DNA of 64,000 nucleotides, taken from Tubiluchus corallicola (lineage: Eukaryota; Animalia; Priapulida). Where the stretch lies: the NCBI GenBank assembly GCA_030141605.1, contig JAQGDQ010000051.1, positions 186,001 to 250,000 of the forward strand. The letters run 5' to 3'. Each line of letters opens with the position of its first letter. Position 1 is the stretch's first letter. The notes under the pieces were generated by a model. It did not search any database. It was not told where the DNA came from and saw nothing but the letters and a program-made list of their open reading frames with translations. This document shows positions 1-13,700 of the stretch, piece after piece. Made by a program: the position numbers and the translations under genes.

Positions 1-1146
1 ATGTTCACAAGCACAAGTCTGCATGTTCACACCGAACTTTACAGATAATGGTGAAGCCAGTAGGATACCTAGTACCGTAAGCATTTCCGAGAAGTCAAGT
101 AACATTGTGCTTTCAAGAAACCACAACTGTAGACTGCACTGAGTTTAGCAGTAATTGTAAATTTACTGAAATTTGTATTTTACTTTCAGCACTAGAATAG
201 TATAATTATGGAGAACTCTACTCCCCTGTCAAAATTTTATAGGAATTGAGTGGTGTTGCAATATGCCAAATTGTACAAAGTCTACTATATCGTACATAGA
301 ACAATTACTCATGGACAGACCACTTACTATCTGTACTACCAGTAATCCTAAACAACGTCAAAGAAAATCTTAGCAATAAGTTACCTTTTCTTTTACTGAA
401 TCGTAATTCGATTTGCAGTAGCCGTCACTACACTTTCTAGGCATTATTGTATTTACTATCCTTTAGTAGTTTAACATTATTCAGAAAAAAAACAGTAAAA
501 ATTTTAGCAGAAAACACTTTCTTGTTGCTTGCTCAAAACGTGTGGCACTTACATTGCGCCACCTCTAGTTCTTTTAGACAACAGAAGGCCAGCTTACCCA
601 TTGTTTGCCACAGATCGCAAGTGCACCGTCCCGTGTTTTTCAACTGTATTTAGTAGCCCTAGTTATTCAATTTCAATTTATTTACCTCTTTGGAACACTA
701 CAAAAGAACATTATTAATAACAGCATCAACAATAAGTTTTGACGAATGGTTACAATACTCAATAGATAGATCTAGAACTAGAGAAAGGACAGTGAAAAGA
801 CTATAAAGTCACCTAGTCTGCTATCCTTAGCAGTACATGTGTTGTGGATATTTGTAGATCTATGGTTATATTTACTGAAGTAAGTTTCTTTTTTCCAGAC
901 TTTCACTTTCTAGTAGTAGGCTCACGAGTAACAAATTCGCATAACGAGATGCAATAGTTTAGTTTATATAACGAAAAATAAGATGCACTATAAAAAAGCT
1001 GATTCTATCATTTCTGTAATACGCTTTTGTTGCATACCGCATCATTTCTGCAATCACTTTTGTTGCACACCACTTCTATTTACTTATTAATTATAAAGTG
1101 CGAATGAAGAAATTTAAATTGCTAAGAAAACGAAAATAAAATTTAC

Positions 1147-1240
1147 CAGCCTGTTCCGTGTTTACGATTCAGCTCCCCTGACTACCTCCTACGTCTATGG
1201 ACAATGAATTGCGGAATTCTAACGTTTTCGTTAACCAGCA
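1147..1240 (-). other. Putative first (non-coding) exon of a divergently transcribed gene running off the left edge
   Basis: GC-richer segment ending on the minus strand in CTG|GTAAAT (donor at 1146-1145). A second minus-strand donor-like site (AAG|GTAACT) lies near 384. No coding sequence recognised; inference only. Confidence 0.3.
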
Positions 1241-1531
1241 AACATGCTACTAAAAAAACAAATAAATAAACTTGTTTTAACGACAGTCCGGGCTAAAAAC
1301 CCGTGCTGTGAAACGGAATCTGTGGAAAGCTTTTATTGTTGCGTTTATCTGTTCTTTCAATCAAAAAGGTTCCTGCTACTGGGTAGTGTTGACTGTGGGC
1401 CTTGCTGTAGTTGCGCTGTGTAATTTTAATTGAACCTGTATTTTTATACAATGTTGAGGTTTGGACCATAAAAGTTAAACAGCAGGAAGAAATTGACACT
1501 TTTCGAAGACGTCTCCTTTGAAATTTGTTAG
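1240..1531. promoter_or_regulatory. Candidate bidirectional promoter / first non-coding exon of CARS2
   Basis: Plus-strand donor-like TAG|GTAAAA at 1531/1532. The CARS2 ATG exon starts after an acceptor (TTTTTTCAG at 3975), so an upstream non-coding exon is expected. A minus-strand donor faces away at ~1146. Confidence 0.3.
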
Positions 1532-1557
1532 GTAAAAATCGGCCTGAGAATATCCAA

Positions 1558-2338
1558 TGTAGGGCGCCGAGTAAGCCACTAGCCGAAGTAGGACAGTTCC
1601 GGTAAAATGCATGTGCTAAATTTGCGGAAAAGCAGCGTCCTACATGGGTAGGACACTGGCGATTGCTGTCGAGAATTATGACATAATTTTTTAGAAAAAA
1701 ATAACTTTATAATAATGATGGATACTCCTTGACAATTTACATTGTATTTTTTACAGTAATACTAATAACTAATATCATCGTTATTAATATTATTACTAGC
1801 TCCATTAATATCATCATAACATTCAACTAAGTATCTAATGTTTTAAAGAAGGAACTATGTAGGGCACATAGCTCGCTAGCCCATTTACTTAGTAGAAAAC
1901 AATGATTTGTCCAAGAGGTAGTGAAACACCGTGTCTGTGAAGCGAGACAAAATAAAAATGATATACCTTAAGCAAATGTTGGAATCGCATAAGAAGTGGG
2001 CTTATTTCACTTCAAAAAGATTAATTTTGAAACCAAATTTAATATTGGAAATTTTACTACCAGGTAACTCAAAATAAGATTCTTCTATTTTACCACATAT
2101 ATAATAAATTATTCAACGTTTTTGACGTTTTCAGTTATTAATATTAAATAAACAAGGACAACGGGTGCTGCCAGTACGGTTAACGACTCAATTTGTGACC
2201 TGTCTCTAGTGTCCTACTTGGGCAGCCCATGTACGACGTGTCCTACTTGGGCTAGCCCTTGTACGACGCGTCCTACTTGGGCTAGCCCATGTACACCAAT
2301 TGTCCTACTTCGGCTAGTGGGTTACTCGGCGCCGAACA
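1558..2338. mobile_element. Non-autonomous DNA transposon (MITE) with TGT...ACA termini, ~38-bp TIRs and 5-bp TSD (Ginger2/Tdd-like)
   Basis: Left end TGTAGGGCGCCGAGTAAGCCACTAGCCGAAGTAGGACA matches the reverse complement of the right end TGTCCTACTTCGGCTAGTGGGTTACTCGGCGCCGAACA. TCCAA is duplicated at 1553-1557 and 2339-2343. ~30-bp subterminal repeats (GTCCTACTTGGGCTAGCCCATGTACGAC) at 2211-2310. Superfamily inferred from termini and TSD length. Confidence 0.85.
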
Positions 2339-4032
2339 TCCAATGATGATCTGTATGATGTGGTGAAGAAAAACCCTTGGAGTAAACAAACCCAAGTAAG
2401 AAGACTGCATTGGATTGGTCATGTACTAAGATTAGCTTTTTGAAACTCCTGTTCCTATAACATTACATAAAGTTCTTGAGAATGACAAAAAGCCAAGAGA
2501 CCTTAGCTACAGACATATATCCACATCCGAATTAAAGATATCCTACAAAAGCTACATAGATGCAAAAAGATTTAGCAAATACAGCTCTAGATTTCAGGGA
2601 TGAGGGCAGTGGTAGTCAGTAGGAGTGCTTGACATCAACAACTGGTGCATGTCATGTTTTAGAATGTATAAGTATGCAAACGAATACGACACCCTACTTG
2701 GTACTGTGTAACATGTATTTTGTAATTGAATTGTCTTGCAAAAAAAGAGAAGTCAGAAGACTGGTAGAAAGTGATATTATAAATATAAATTTGTGCTAAG
2801 TGAAGAAGGAAACCATTATGTGTTTTAGTAATTATACCAGGCTAGAGAGCGGAATATAGGTTAGCGGAAAACGAAAAGTAGAATTCTCTCCGTGGTTGTT
2901 CGGATGGTGGTAGTGCAAAGCTCATTCATGTTGTTAATTTCAAGTATCCCGGTATCGATACTCCCTTCACGCTATTTAACATGTTATTATTTCAAATATT
3001 ATCGATATGACTGTATTATGACGTGTAAAATAAATTTCACAGTTCATATTAGTTGTCATTATAAAATTTAGCCAGGCCAGAACAGAAGGTATAAATTATA
3101 ATGACTGAGCCTTTATCGATCGATCGATACTATGTCTTTCTTGTACTTCATACTCGTAGACCTGTTTTGTAATTCACTGCGTCATGAAGACTATGTAATT
3201 ATCATTATGGAAGTTATAATAAATTTCACTTGCTGCTAATCTTGATTTTTCTACTGGCCTGACCAAGTAAAGTAGATATTTTTTATTTCTGGGTTACTTG
3301 CAAAAGAAGAAAAGACATCGTTTACCAGACATCCAGAATACGTTATTCCTCACTGCATGAAATCATTTCATATTGTTTTTCAAATTGACCCATTTATCAG
3401 ACCTGCGTTATGTGTTACTGGTACTGCATTTTACTTTATTTGAATTATATACAGCTGGATATGCAACAACACATTTAACACATTCTTGATATCTGGTAAA
3501 TACTACTAAACTCTATAAAGGCCGTCTTTTTTGCTGTGATGATGATCTTGTTCCCCTTTTCACTCCTGTAGTACAAAAACTCTGCTGTTTGCTCATTATG
3601 AAGCAGATAATGCCTATTCTAAATGTTCTTGAAAATTCGGATCCATGACAATGGTAAATGTGGTTTCTGTTAACAGTTAGTTTATTCCTATCACGTTAGA
3701 AGCAGTGAACAAAGTCTATGTAGAATGATCGTGCATTATTACCGTCATTTCAGGAGCAAAAGGCAAAGAGTATGTAGAATGTTCATGCATTATTGATCGT
3801 CATTCGACAGATTTTTCAATGTTTGTCATTTCATGTCGTTTGAACATTGGGATAATGTTTTTGTAGTTGTGTTTTTTTGTGGCATGATACGGGATGGCGA
3901 GTAACCTGATGCTTCGCTCTCCAAATTAGTTTTTAACAAAATTAAATTATTGGATTAAGATTTTGATTTTTTCAGTTTATATGCAACATTTTTAACGAAT
4001 GAAGCTCAGAGCAGGCAGCAGCACTACACAAC

Positions 4033-4645
4033 ATGATTACCTATAGCTTTAATGGAAATGTGTTACTGCATTCAATGTCATGTCGTACGTTATTAAGACG
4101 AATCAGTACAACGAATACAAGTTATCACGCAGTGAAAGTTAAAGAGGTGAAACATCATGCATGCAGCTGGTTGCCACCAGAGGGGTTTGATACCGGAATA
4201 CGGGTTTATAATTCGCAGCTTAGAACTAAAACTGCACTTACCTTGCCTCATGGAAGACTGGCATCTTGGTAAATATCTGGATAAATGGTTTTGCTCTTAA
4301 AAATTGTCTTAACTTGTTAATTTTTTAGGCACAGGACAATTAAATTCATATAATTTCCTCAGTCATCCTGTCTCCTTGCAATTTTTAGTTTTAACTTAAC
4401 CTTTTCTTGTACACCAATTTCCAGTTCCAATATACCGCTGGCCTTGTTTGAAATGCCAAAAGATGATTTACTATTCATGTGACTCGTTTGCATTTTATGT
4501 TTGTTTTCATTAAATATCAGTTAGTAACTGCTTTCATAGAACTGCTTTGTTTCTTTTCCTCCTCCTCCTGCTACTCTAAGCAATAAATATTCTGATTTGT
4601 CCACTGCACATGCCCATTGCTCATGTCCATACCTAAACCAACGAC

Positions 4646-4722
<77 letters not shown>

Positions 4723-7700
4723 CGTGCGTGCGTGTGTCATTATGTCACTTGCCTTCACCAGTAAACTTATTGTAATTACTATATGGTTTCTTTGGAATTC
4801 ATATTACTAGAAATTAAAGAAAGCTCATTTAATTTTTTTTTTGAGTGTAGGTATATGTGTGGTCCCACGGTTTATGACCATGCCCACATAGGACATGCTT
4901 GGTATGTATGCTGAAATCATTAGAGATCTGTGTTATTTCAGTTTTTATTATTTTTATTTTTACTTGTTTTTATTTCTTATTTATTTTTCCATTTATTTCT
5001 CACATCACAACCAGAATCCTGCACCAGCAACAAGACCTATTCAGCATTGATCATTGTTTCTGTTGAGACAAAAACCCATGCATTACCAAGGTTAACCATC
5101 TAAGATGAGTCAGTGAACCAGCAGAAGTATGTTAGCCACATTTGAATGACGTAAATCTGCTATAAGTTAGGAAAACAAACAGAATCAGTATGGCATTGGT
5201 ACGGCGTGAGCTGTGATACCTGCGTAGTCAAGAACCATTCACTGACCAGCCTTGCTTAATTTTGGTTGTGAAGCACATGCCATGACCACTCTTACACGAC
5301 TAAGGTGCCCTAATAAATATTTGTGCACCTCATTAATAGGAACAGTTTAGACAACACCTGCAGTTTTTTACCAAGTCTTCCTACTTGACTTACTTCATTG
5401 TGTCATTTATAAGTATCAAAATTGCATAAATCAAAATCGTATAATATAATGTATTAAACACTTGAAATCATTCCAGGGTGTTGTGATTGGCTTTGTGAGA
5501 ACATCTGCATGTTGCTATTAAAGACTTATTGTTTCTTATGCTGTTACTTTCAGTTGCTATGTGAAATTTGATATCATAAGAAGAATTTTGCTGGAACTAT
5601 TCAATATTGATGTGGTGATGGTTCTTGGAATCACTGATATTGATGACAAGGTTATAACAGTTGCAAATCAAGTAAGATAAAATATTCTTCTTTTGTGAAT
5701 TATAAATTGTCATAATTCCTATACGTTACTATGTACGAAATCCAGTGTGCAGTTCATACAAAGTTTATATTAATTTCTTCTGTCATACTGTTGAGTTTTT
5801 TCATATAGTTTTGAACTCCAGTCCACCTCTACAGTTCTTTTCAGTACTTGAGGGCGACAAAAACAGACATTCAACATGAACTTACTGTTTGCTGTTTGCC
5901 TGTACTTTAACAGCATCTGCTAATCATGATCACATATTGCTTGCAGATGAACATAGATTTCAAGCATATTGCAAAAACTTATGAAGCTTCCTTCTTTTCT
6001 GATATGGCAAAAATGAAAGTTATACCACCAACTGTGAAAACCAGAGTTACGGAATACATTCCTCAAATAATTCAATATGTACAGAAAATCATTAGTCGTG
6101 GTTATGCTTATGTCACAGACACTGGTATGTACATTTTTTACTTGTTTTGATTGTTGTACATTTGCTATCCCATAAATAATAAATATTTTACTATTTTAAT
6201 AATAATTTTTTTCCAATTTGCCATATGATAAATAGTGATTAATTATTTAAGTGTGTGCAAAGATGGTATCAAAAAGTGCCATCTTAATATTAACAAGGTC
6301 ACAGCTACTTTAAGAATTCGCATGTTGTATGATATTTATTGGCTGGTAACATAGTGGCTGGTTAATACCAAATAAGGCTCATTCATCAGACTACAAGGTT
6401 TAAATATTTGTAATGTTTTTCTACAAAATTTTCTCAAGGATAACAGCTACAGTGTAAGGGCTTGACCTTTACACTATAATGTACTATACACTATAGGTGT
6501 AAGAAAATGAATGTTAGAACATGCACAGACTGCTTTTAGTGATAACTGTTAACAGAATTAACAAAGTTAAACACTTGTTTAATACAAATTTTTACCATTC
6601 ATTTTCAAGGTAGTGTATATTTTGATGTTACAAAATATGGTCGCTATGGAAAACTAATGACACATGATGTAACAGCAGAAATACGAGAATCAGGTTTGTG
6701 TGATGAATAAACTTTGTTGTTCATCATTATTTTACACTTAAGGTAGATAGACAGATTAATAAGTTGGTGTTTGTTAAATCGCCTTATTGCAAAATGTTGG
6801 AGTTTTTAATATACATTTAATGTACAAAAGTACTGCAACATGAAAAATAAAATATGATAAGTTTCTTATGCTGGGATTTCTTGGTTAAAAGCAAGATTAA
6901 AATTACACTGATTCATGTGCAACTTGAGAAAAATATCTATAGGTTTACTTTTGCTTATGGCATTGTTTCTTAATATGGTTGATAACATATTTTTGAGACT
7001 TACGGCAATCCTATGGAGATCACAGAATTTGTTACAAATGTGGGGCTATTTCACTGCTTCTTTCATTCAGCAGTGTTAAGTTTAATCTAATGGAAGTTTG
7101 TTTCACATTAAATATTTCTGAACTTTGTGTTGTCACTGCTTTTGCACTGTTGTTGATTTAAAAGGTATGTTTAACCCATGCACAGGAGTGAACTTATGTG
7201 TGAAGTGTAATCTGTATCTTCCCAGTGCATCTGTTTCGAGATGTTAAGATTAAATTAGTTTCCGATTTGCTTGAATACCGATTGCTTTGAATCCATCACA
7301 TTGCTTGATTTTCCAGTTGATAAAGAAAAAAGAAGTCCACGTGACTTTGCTTTGTGGAAAGCAGCCAAACCTGATGAGCCTTGGTGGACATCACCTTGGG
7401 GATCCATGAAAAAAGGCAGACCAGGCTGGCACATAGAATGCTCAACAATGGCAAGGTTTGTTCTTGATTGTAAACTATAATATTATGATGATAACACACC
7501 TCTACAACTTCTGCACACATTTGCTTGCTTTGAATAAATGGTAAGTATCTAAAAAATCAGTTGTTTCCTGCTGCACAATTTTAACTTTAGTTCATTAGTG
7601 GTGTGTTTTTATAAACGTTTAGCAAAGTATGTTACTTAAGAATATAATTATAAAGTCACTTCAATCTTGAAAACTCTCACTGATTCAATAATGAAATGTC

Positions 7701-10700
7701 TTCCCTCTTTCATTTAGGTAGTTGTGATTCTGCAAGTGCTTTCTATTTTGTTTTTTAATTAAATGCTTTTAACATAGATTGATTAGATTGTTTATTACGA
7801 ATTGCAATTAATTAAGATTGAAAATTACAAAGTCTCAATCTTACATAAAAAATGGGTCACATAAAAATGTAAGAGAAAAAATTTAATGTAATATCAAGCC
7901 AAATCAGCTGTTAGCTTTTACTAATGACAAACTGTCTTAACTTCGATGCTTTTCCAAGCTTTTCTAAGGTAAAGGTAGCTAATAAAAATTTACAAAATAC
8001 ATACTGAGTACTGAACTTTTTATTTTGTACAAGTGGTGAACAAGAACAGCTGTAACACCATGGCAATTTGCCCGAGCTGCTTCTCTGTGAAATTTTTTGT
8101 CAGCTTTTGGTTTCTCACAACTGTCTCTGGGTATTTTAAGTGGAACCTGAATTTTAGATAGCTTAACTTAATCGGCCTGCAGTAAGACTTCATCCTATTA
8201 ATTTTTTCTGAGTGTCTCTTATAAACAACTTTTTAAATCTAACTTCTTTAATCATAAATTTTTTAAACTTGAAAGTATGCATGAAAGTATGTATTTTGTA
8301 AATTTTTGTTAGCTTCCTTTATCTTAGAAAAGCTTGGAAAAGCAATGAAGTTAAGACAGTATGTCATTAGTAAAAGTTAGCAGCTGGTTTGGCTTGGTAT
8401 TACTTTAAATTTTTTCTCTTAAATTTTTATATGACCCAATTTTTATTACGTTTTTAACTTTGTAATTTTCAACCATTTAATAAATTACAATTCGATTAAT
8501 CTAATCAATCTATATTAAAAGCATTTAATTAAAAAACAAAATAGAAACCTCTTGCAGAATCACAACTACCTACATGAAAGACGGAAGACATTTCACTATT
8601 GAATCAGTGAGAGTTTTTATATTCTTAAGTAACATACTTTGCTAAACGTAAATAAGTTCTACAAAGTATGTTACTTATTGTTTAGTTGCTTTTATGGGAT
8701 AAATCAGTGTTTTTTGTTAACACAGTATTTGAGTGTTTGGATGCTAATTCGTGAGTTATAAAGAATGTGGCAAATTTGCTTTAATAGTGCAGTGTTTCAT
8801 GGCTAAGTGTTTAAAATTGTCATTCTATGGCATTGATCTTTTAGGATCATACAATAGCCAGCAAGAAGCTAATGGAAAAAACAGCACATTTACATCTCTG
8901 TCTATTGAATCATTTAGTACAAGTCTTAATGTAGTAATTTTTCATATGTTTAGATTGTGAATAGTCTTATTGCGAAGGTGTAGCAGGTCATGTAACATGA
9001 CATACCTTCCAAAAATCTAAATGTTAACATTGTGGATAAGATCTGTTATGAAATCAGTGGACTTGCTTTTGGTTTTGTGACTACATGTACAGTATATTCA
9101 GCTGCCTTTAGTGCATTTTGTGTGTTTTTTATCATATTACAGTGTGACTGTTTTTTATTTAGAAAATGTGTATTGTGTGATTATTTTAGTGCTGTGTTTG
9201 GAAGAAATTTGGACATTCATTCTGGTGGAGCTGATTTGTTGTTTCCACACCACGAGAATGAAATAGCACAATGTGAGGCGTATCACAATACTCATCAATG
9301 GGTTAATTACTGGTTACACACAGGTACCTTGTCTATTCAAATTAAGTCACTCCAAACATACTTTACGCGCCTTCTCCATTTGATAATTCTTTAGTTTGGT
9401 CAATGTATTGCGTTAGCGTAAGTTTGTAACAATTTGAAAACAATGGATAGTTTTATCTACTTTTATTATATTCAAGTGCTACGAACGTTTTAAGTGTACA
9501 ATTGTACACGATTTCTTTTTTGTTTTGCTAATATTTAGCATGTTTATGTATATGTATAATATATAAATATTTATGTATAATTTTATGCATGTGCTGAGTT
9601 TAGATAACTACAATCATATTATCTAAATGTTAAGAGCTGATACATAAAACTTATATTATACTGTTTGCTACTTTTGCTTTTGAAGTTATTATAGAAAGCT
9701 CTTATCAATAACGTTTTATGTATTTTTATTTTAGGGCATTTATACGTTAAAGGGGAAGAAAATAAAATGTCAAAATCTCTCAAAAACACTTTATCTGTGA
9801 ATGACTTTTTGGATAAGTACACTGCAAATCAGTTCAGAATATTATGTCTCTTGTCTCATTACAGAAAGGGTAAGTAATGTGTCTTAGTGTATAAGTTGCA
9901 GGCAATGTGTAAAATTTAGACATTTTATAAAATTTCTAGACATTTTATATAAAACCTTTGCATTTCAAGAAAAGTGTGAAATAAATGTTTTTACTGCAAT
10001 TCTTTCACACATTACCTAGGCATTTTGTATAACAGCTAAAATTTATATAAAATGCATGAAGTGACTTTTTTGGCAAAGTGTAAAATGAACATAATTCCTG
10101 TTGAATCGAACTGTTCCTAGTTATTTTTTACATTTGTACCCAGCTATTACCTAGGCATTGCAGAAAACAACATGGTAAATGTACTAAACTAAGCATGCTG
10201 TTCAGTGTTCAAGTAAGCCCGTGAGTTAATTGTTTTACCATAATGACATGCTGTTCAATCAGGTGAATCACTTTGCATAGCTAGGAATTAAGACTGCAGC
10301 CGGATTCAGTAAAGTTCTTACAAACAAGTTTATTCATGCAAATGTTTTAGTGGCCCGCACAGATTCATTAAACCATGGATTCCTAAAAATCTTCTTAAAT
10401 GCAAGGCTTAGAGCTTGCGTAAATGCAATTTTGAATGTTGTGCATAGTTTAAATGTTGTGACTGGTGTTGTCATGGACGAAGAAGAGGTTAATAATAGAA
10501 ATTCGATGTACAGAGAATGTATTTTTCGCAATAGATTAAAATTAGACCACTTGAATGAAAGCGTTTTACGAATTGTAGCCCACAGAACAGACCACAGAAG
10601 AGGAATGACTGAATTCTCGGACATGAGAAATTGTCAACCAACGAATCATACAGATTTGCAAGTACATTGAAACATGACTTGGCTCAATTTCACAGATTTC

Positions 10701-13700
10701 CTAAAATAAAATTGGCATTATATAAAATGCCGAGGAAAATTATTACAGAACAATTGAACAATTGAACATTTGTTTTATTTTTATATTAACTAGCATTTGT
10801 TCGACAGTCTATAAAATGCTTAGGAAAATATACTTAAAATCTAAGAATTACACACTTTGCCTAGGGAGACTTTTGCATTGTATATAATACCTTGTGAAAA
10901 GTGCAGAAGGAGCTATTTTAGACACTTTACCTGGTTTGTGTTGGCACGTTATAAAATGCCTAGGTGTTCTATAGAATACCCGATTTCACACATTGCCTCA
11001 GAATACCCGATTTCACACATTGCCTCAGAATACCCGATTTCACACATTGCCTGTAACAAATACACCACGGTAATGTTAAGTGCAGTGCAAAGTGTAAAAA
11101 ATAAAAAAATATTGAAAAAATTTGTTTTTCAAATTGTTTTGCTATTGTTTTGTGTTTTTTCTCTGTTTAATGCATATGCAAACCCTACGTCCCTCGCAAA
11201 CAGGAAACAAAAACATGTCAGAAGTAAGTTTTATGTAAGAAGATGTATTGATAATTTACTACAAACTGGATAGCAAGAGCAATCGAACAGTTAAAAGAGA
11301 AAAAAACCGCAATTTTAGTTTCCCTTAAATTTTGCTCAAAGATATTACAATGAGCAAAATTATGCCACTACGTCTTAACTTTGAAGAATGCTGGGACAAT
11401 TAAATAAAATTTACATGAGCCAGCATGAGCATACAAGAGATATAGTCTAGTGGTAAAAGATTATTATTTAATATTATTATTATATTATTGCTAGATGATG
11501 ATAATTCCTAACTAAACTGCTAGTCTACACACTGTACCTGACATTTTAAGAGCTAAAACAAATACATTTACTTTTTGTATTTATTTCTAGCTCTGTCGAC
11601 AGGTAATCTATAACATCTGATTTTCTAATTTTATCGAAAAAATGTGGCTGGAAATTGATGTAACAAAACTAAACTGATATTGTATTGTTACTTGCTTTAA
11701 AATTAAAATTTGACAAATCTTCATTATAGCTACGTGTGCATGTACATCTACTGAAATGTCGCTTGCAAGCTGAATATATTCCTAGCAAAAATGTTATTTA
11801 ATTGTAAGGAGCCACCTTAAAGTCTAAATTTTCCAGATTTATTTAAGAGCACACATTTTTTTTATTTTACAGATTTAGAGTTTAGCGATCAATGGATGGA
11901 TAGAGCAGTTAGCATACAAAAACGTTTGAAGTCATTTCTTACCTGTGCAGATGCTTACATCCAGGGTACGTTAGAATGCTCTGCAATTGATGAAGCTCAT
12001 CTTATGAAAGTGTAAGTAACTGCAGCTAAATGACCTGTGATAGGCTCAGTTCACATTGTATTCATTCTTCTTATTCCAGCCCTTAAATACTATGCAAACA
12101 TAAAATCATAGTGTAATTACAGTGTGTTTTAGCAGTGCTTTGTTATCATTGTGATCTGATGATACGTAGCTAGTGAAGGCTTGACAAGACATTTGCAATG
12201 AAAGTTCATACGCGTCTCTAATGCTCATTGTCATTTCACCATCATTGTTGTGACCATGGTCATTGTAATTGTTACTCATTAAACATACTTAGTAAATCAT
12301 AAATCATATTTAAATCTAACCTATTGCTAAAATCACTTCTTAATGACACTGCTTTTTCCAGGCTAGCTGAAGCAAAGGCAATATTTTACACAGCTGTGGC
12401 AGATGACTTTGATACACCTCGCGCTATGGAAGCTATATTAAATCTAATTCATGAATGCAACAAGGCCCTTAAGCACGAAACTTCGCTTGTAAGTTTGGTA
12501 CTAGTGTAATTGTAACTACACAGTAATACTTTAAATGCACATTGCCTGTAGTTGTTCTAAGTTTTCTGTTTCAGTTTTTGAAAGTTTTTTTTGGTTTGTG
12601 TAGAAGACCACAAATTGTTATTTTCAGCCGATCCAACATGGAAGTCGCAGTCCAGGCGTGGTAGCTGCTATTGTTGCGTTCATTGACAGAGTGCTTGGTG
12701 TGTTAGGAATCCAGTTTGTATATAGAATGGTATTTACCTGCAGTTTATGTAATCATGAATTATGGCAAATGAAATAAAGATTTAGGGCACTCACTGATAT
12801 ATTTAAGATTGGCTTTCGCTCAAGTGTTTATAGGAATAATCAATGATATACTGTAAAATTTCTTGCGGCACTTTCATACTAGCGAGTTTTGCTGAGTGTC
12901 AACTTGTGCTTACTGCCGTAGAGAACTCTCAGCAACTCTCAGAGAGTTTGCAAAAACTTGCCAAGAGAACTAGCAAAGCCATTCAGAGAAAAGACTCGAG
13001 AGAGAAAACTCGCTAGTCTGAACATGCCATAAGACTTACCCATATTCACAGGTAATTAGATGCTACAAAATCACTAGGAACTCATTATTTTATTAGTTTC
13101 AGTTTTGCATCTTCATAATCGGTTCTATAAAATGACCTACAATAAGAATACTAGGCCTGTTTGTATTGTTAATAACCACTGTGTTAAATTTCCAACAAAA
13201 TGTCATCACAACTGAGGTGGTTTTACGCAATAGTCGCCCTTTGCAATGATAAGTGCAAAAATTTTGTGCTTTATAAAAGTGAAATTGTTTAGTAAACAAT
13301 GTTATCTATCTAAAATCAGCTTGGCATGTTAGTAATATTAGGAATCGTAATACTGAAATGTTTGTTTTGTACAGGCTCATGCTGCTGAAGAATCTGAAAG
13401 ACAATTAGGACGTGTTATGGATTCGGTAGTCCAATTTCGTTCTGAAGTAAGACATTTTGCATTGACAACTGGCATTGATGCTTTACCAAAATTACAAGCT
13501 TCTAGAGCACAAGTTGGATCTGAATCAAGTTTACAAGCATCAAGTGCACAGTCAGTGGATAATGAACCTGGTAAAATTTTATGACACTGTGTAGTTTTTT
13601 TCTTAAACTTCCTGTCTACTTTTAATAATATCTTACAGAAGTATGAAATTTACAGCATCAACTACTTGAGTATGCAAGTCCTGTAGTAGTAATGGCTTTA

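Noticed and set aside
447-1499. Short ORFs at the left edge
   Set aside because: Mostly non-ATG starts, no recognisable motifs, no consistent splice structure.
10973-11052. CRISPR-like repeat length (27 bp)
   Set aside because: Copies are contiguous with no spacers, in a eukaryotic context with no cas genes. The same applies to 2211-2310 and 50877-51005.
10334-11273. ORFs of 96-138 aa including the SEYPISHIA repeat
   Set aside because: They lie largely in an intronic TIR element; the peptide repeat is just the 27-bp DNA repeat.
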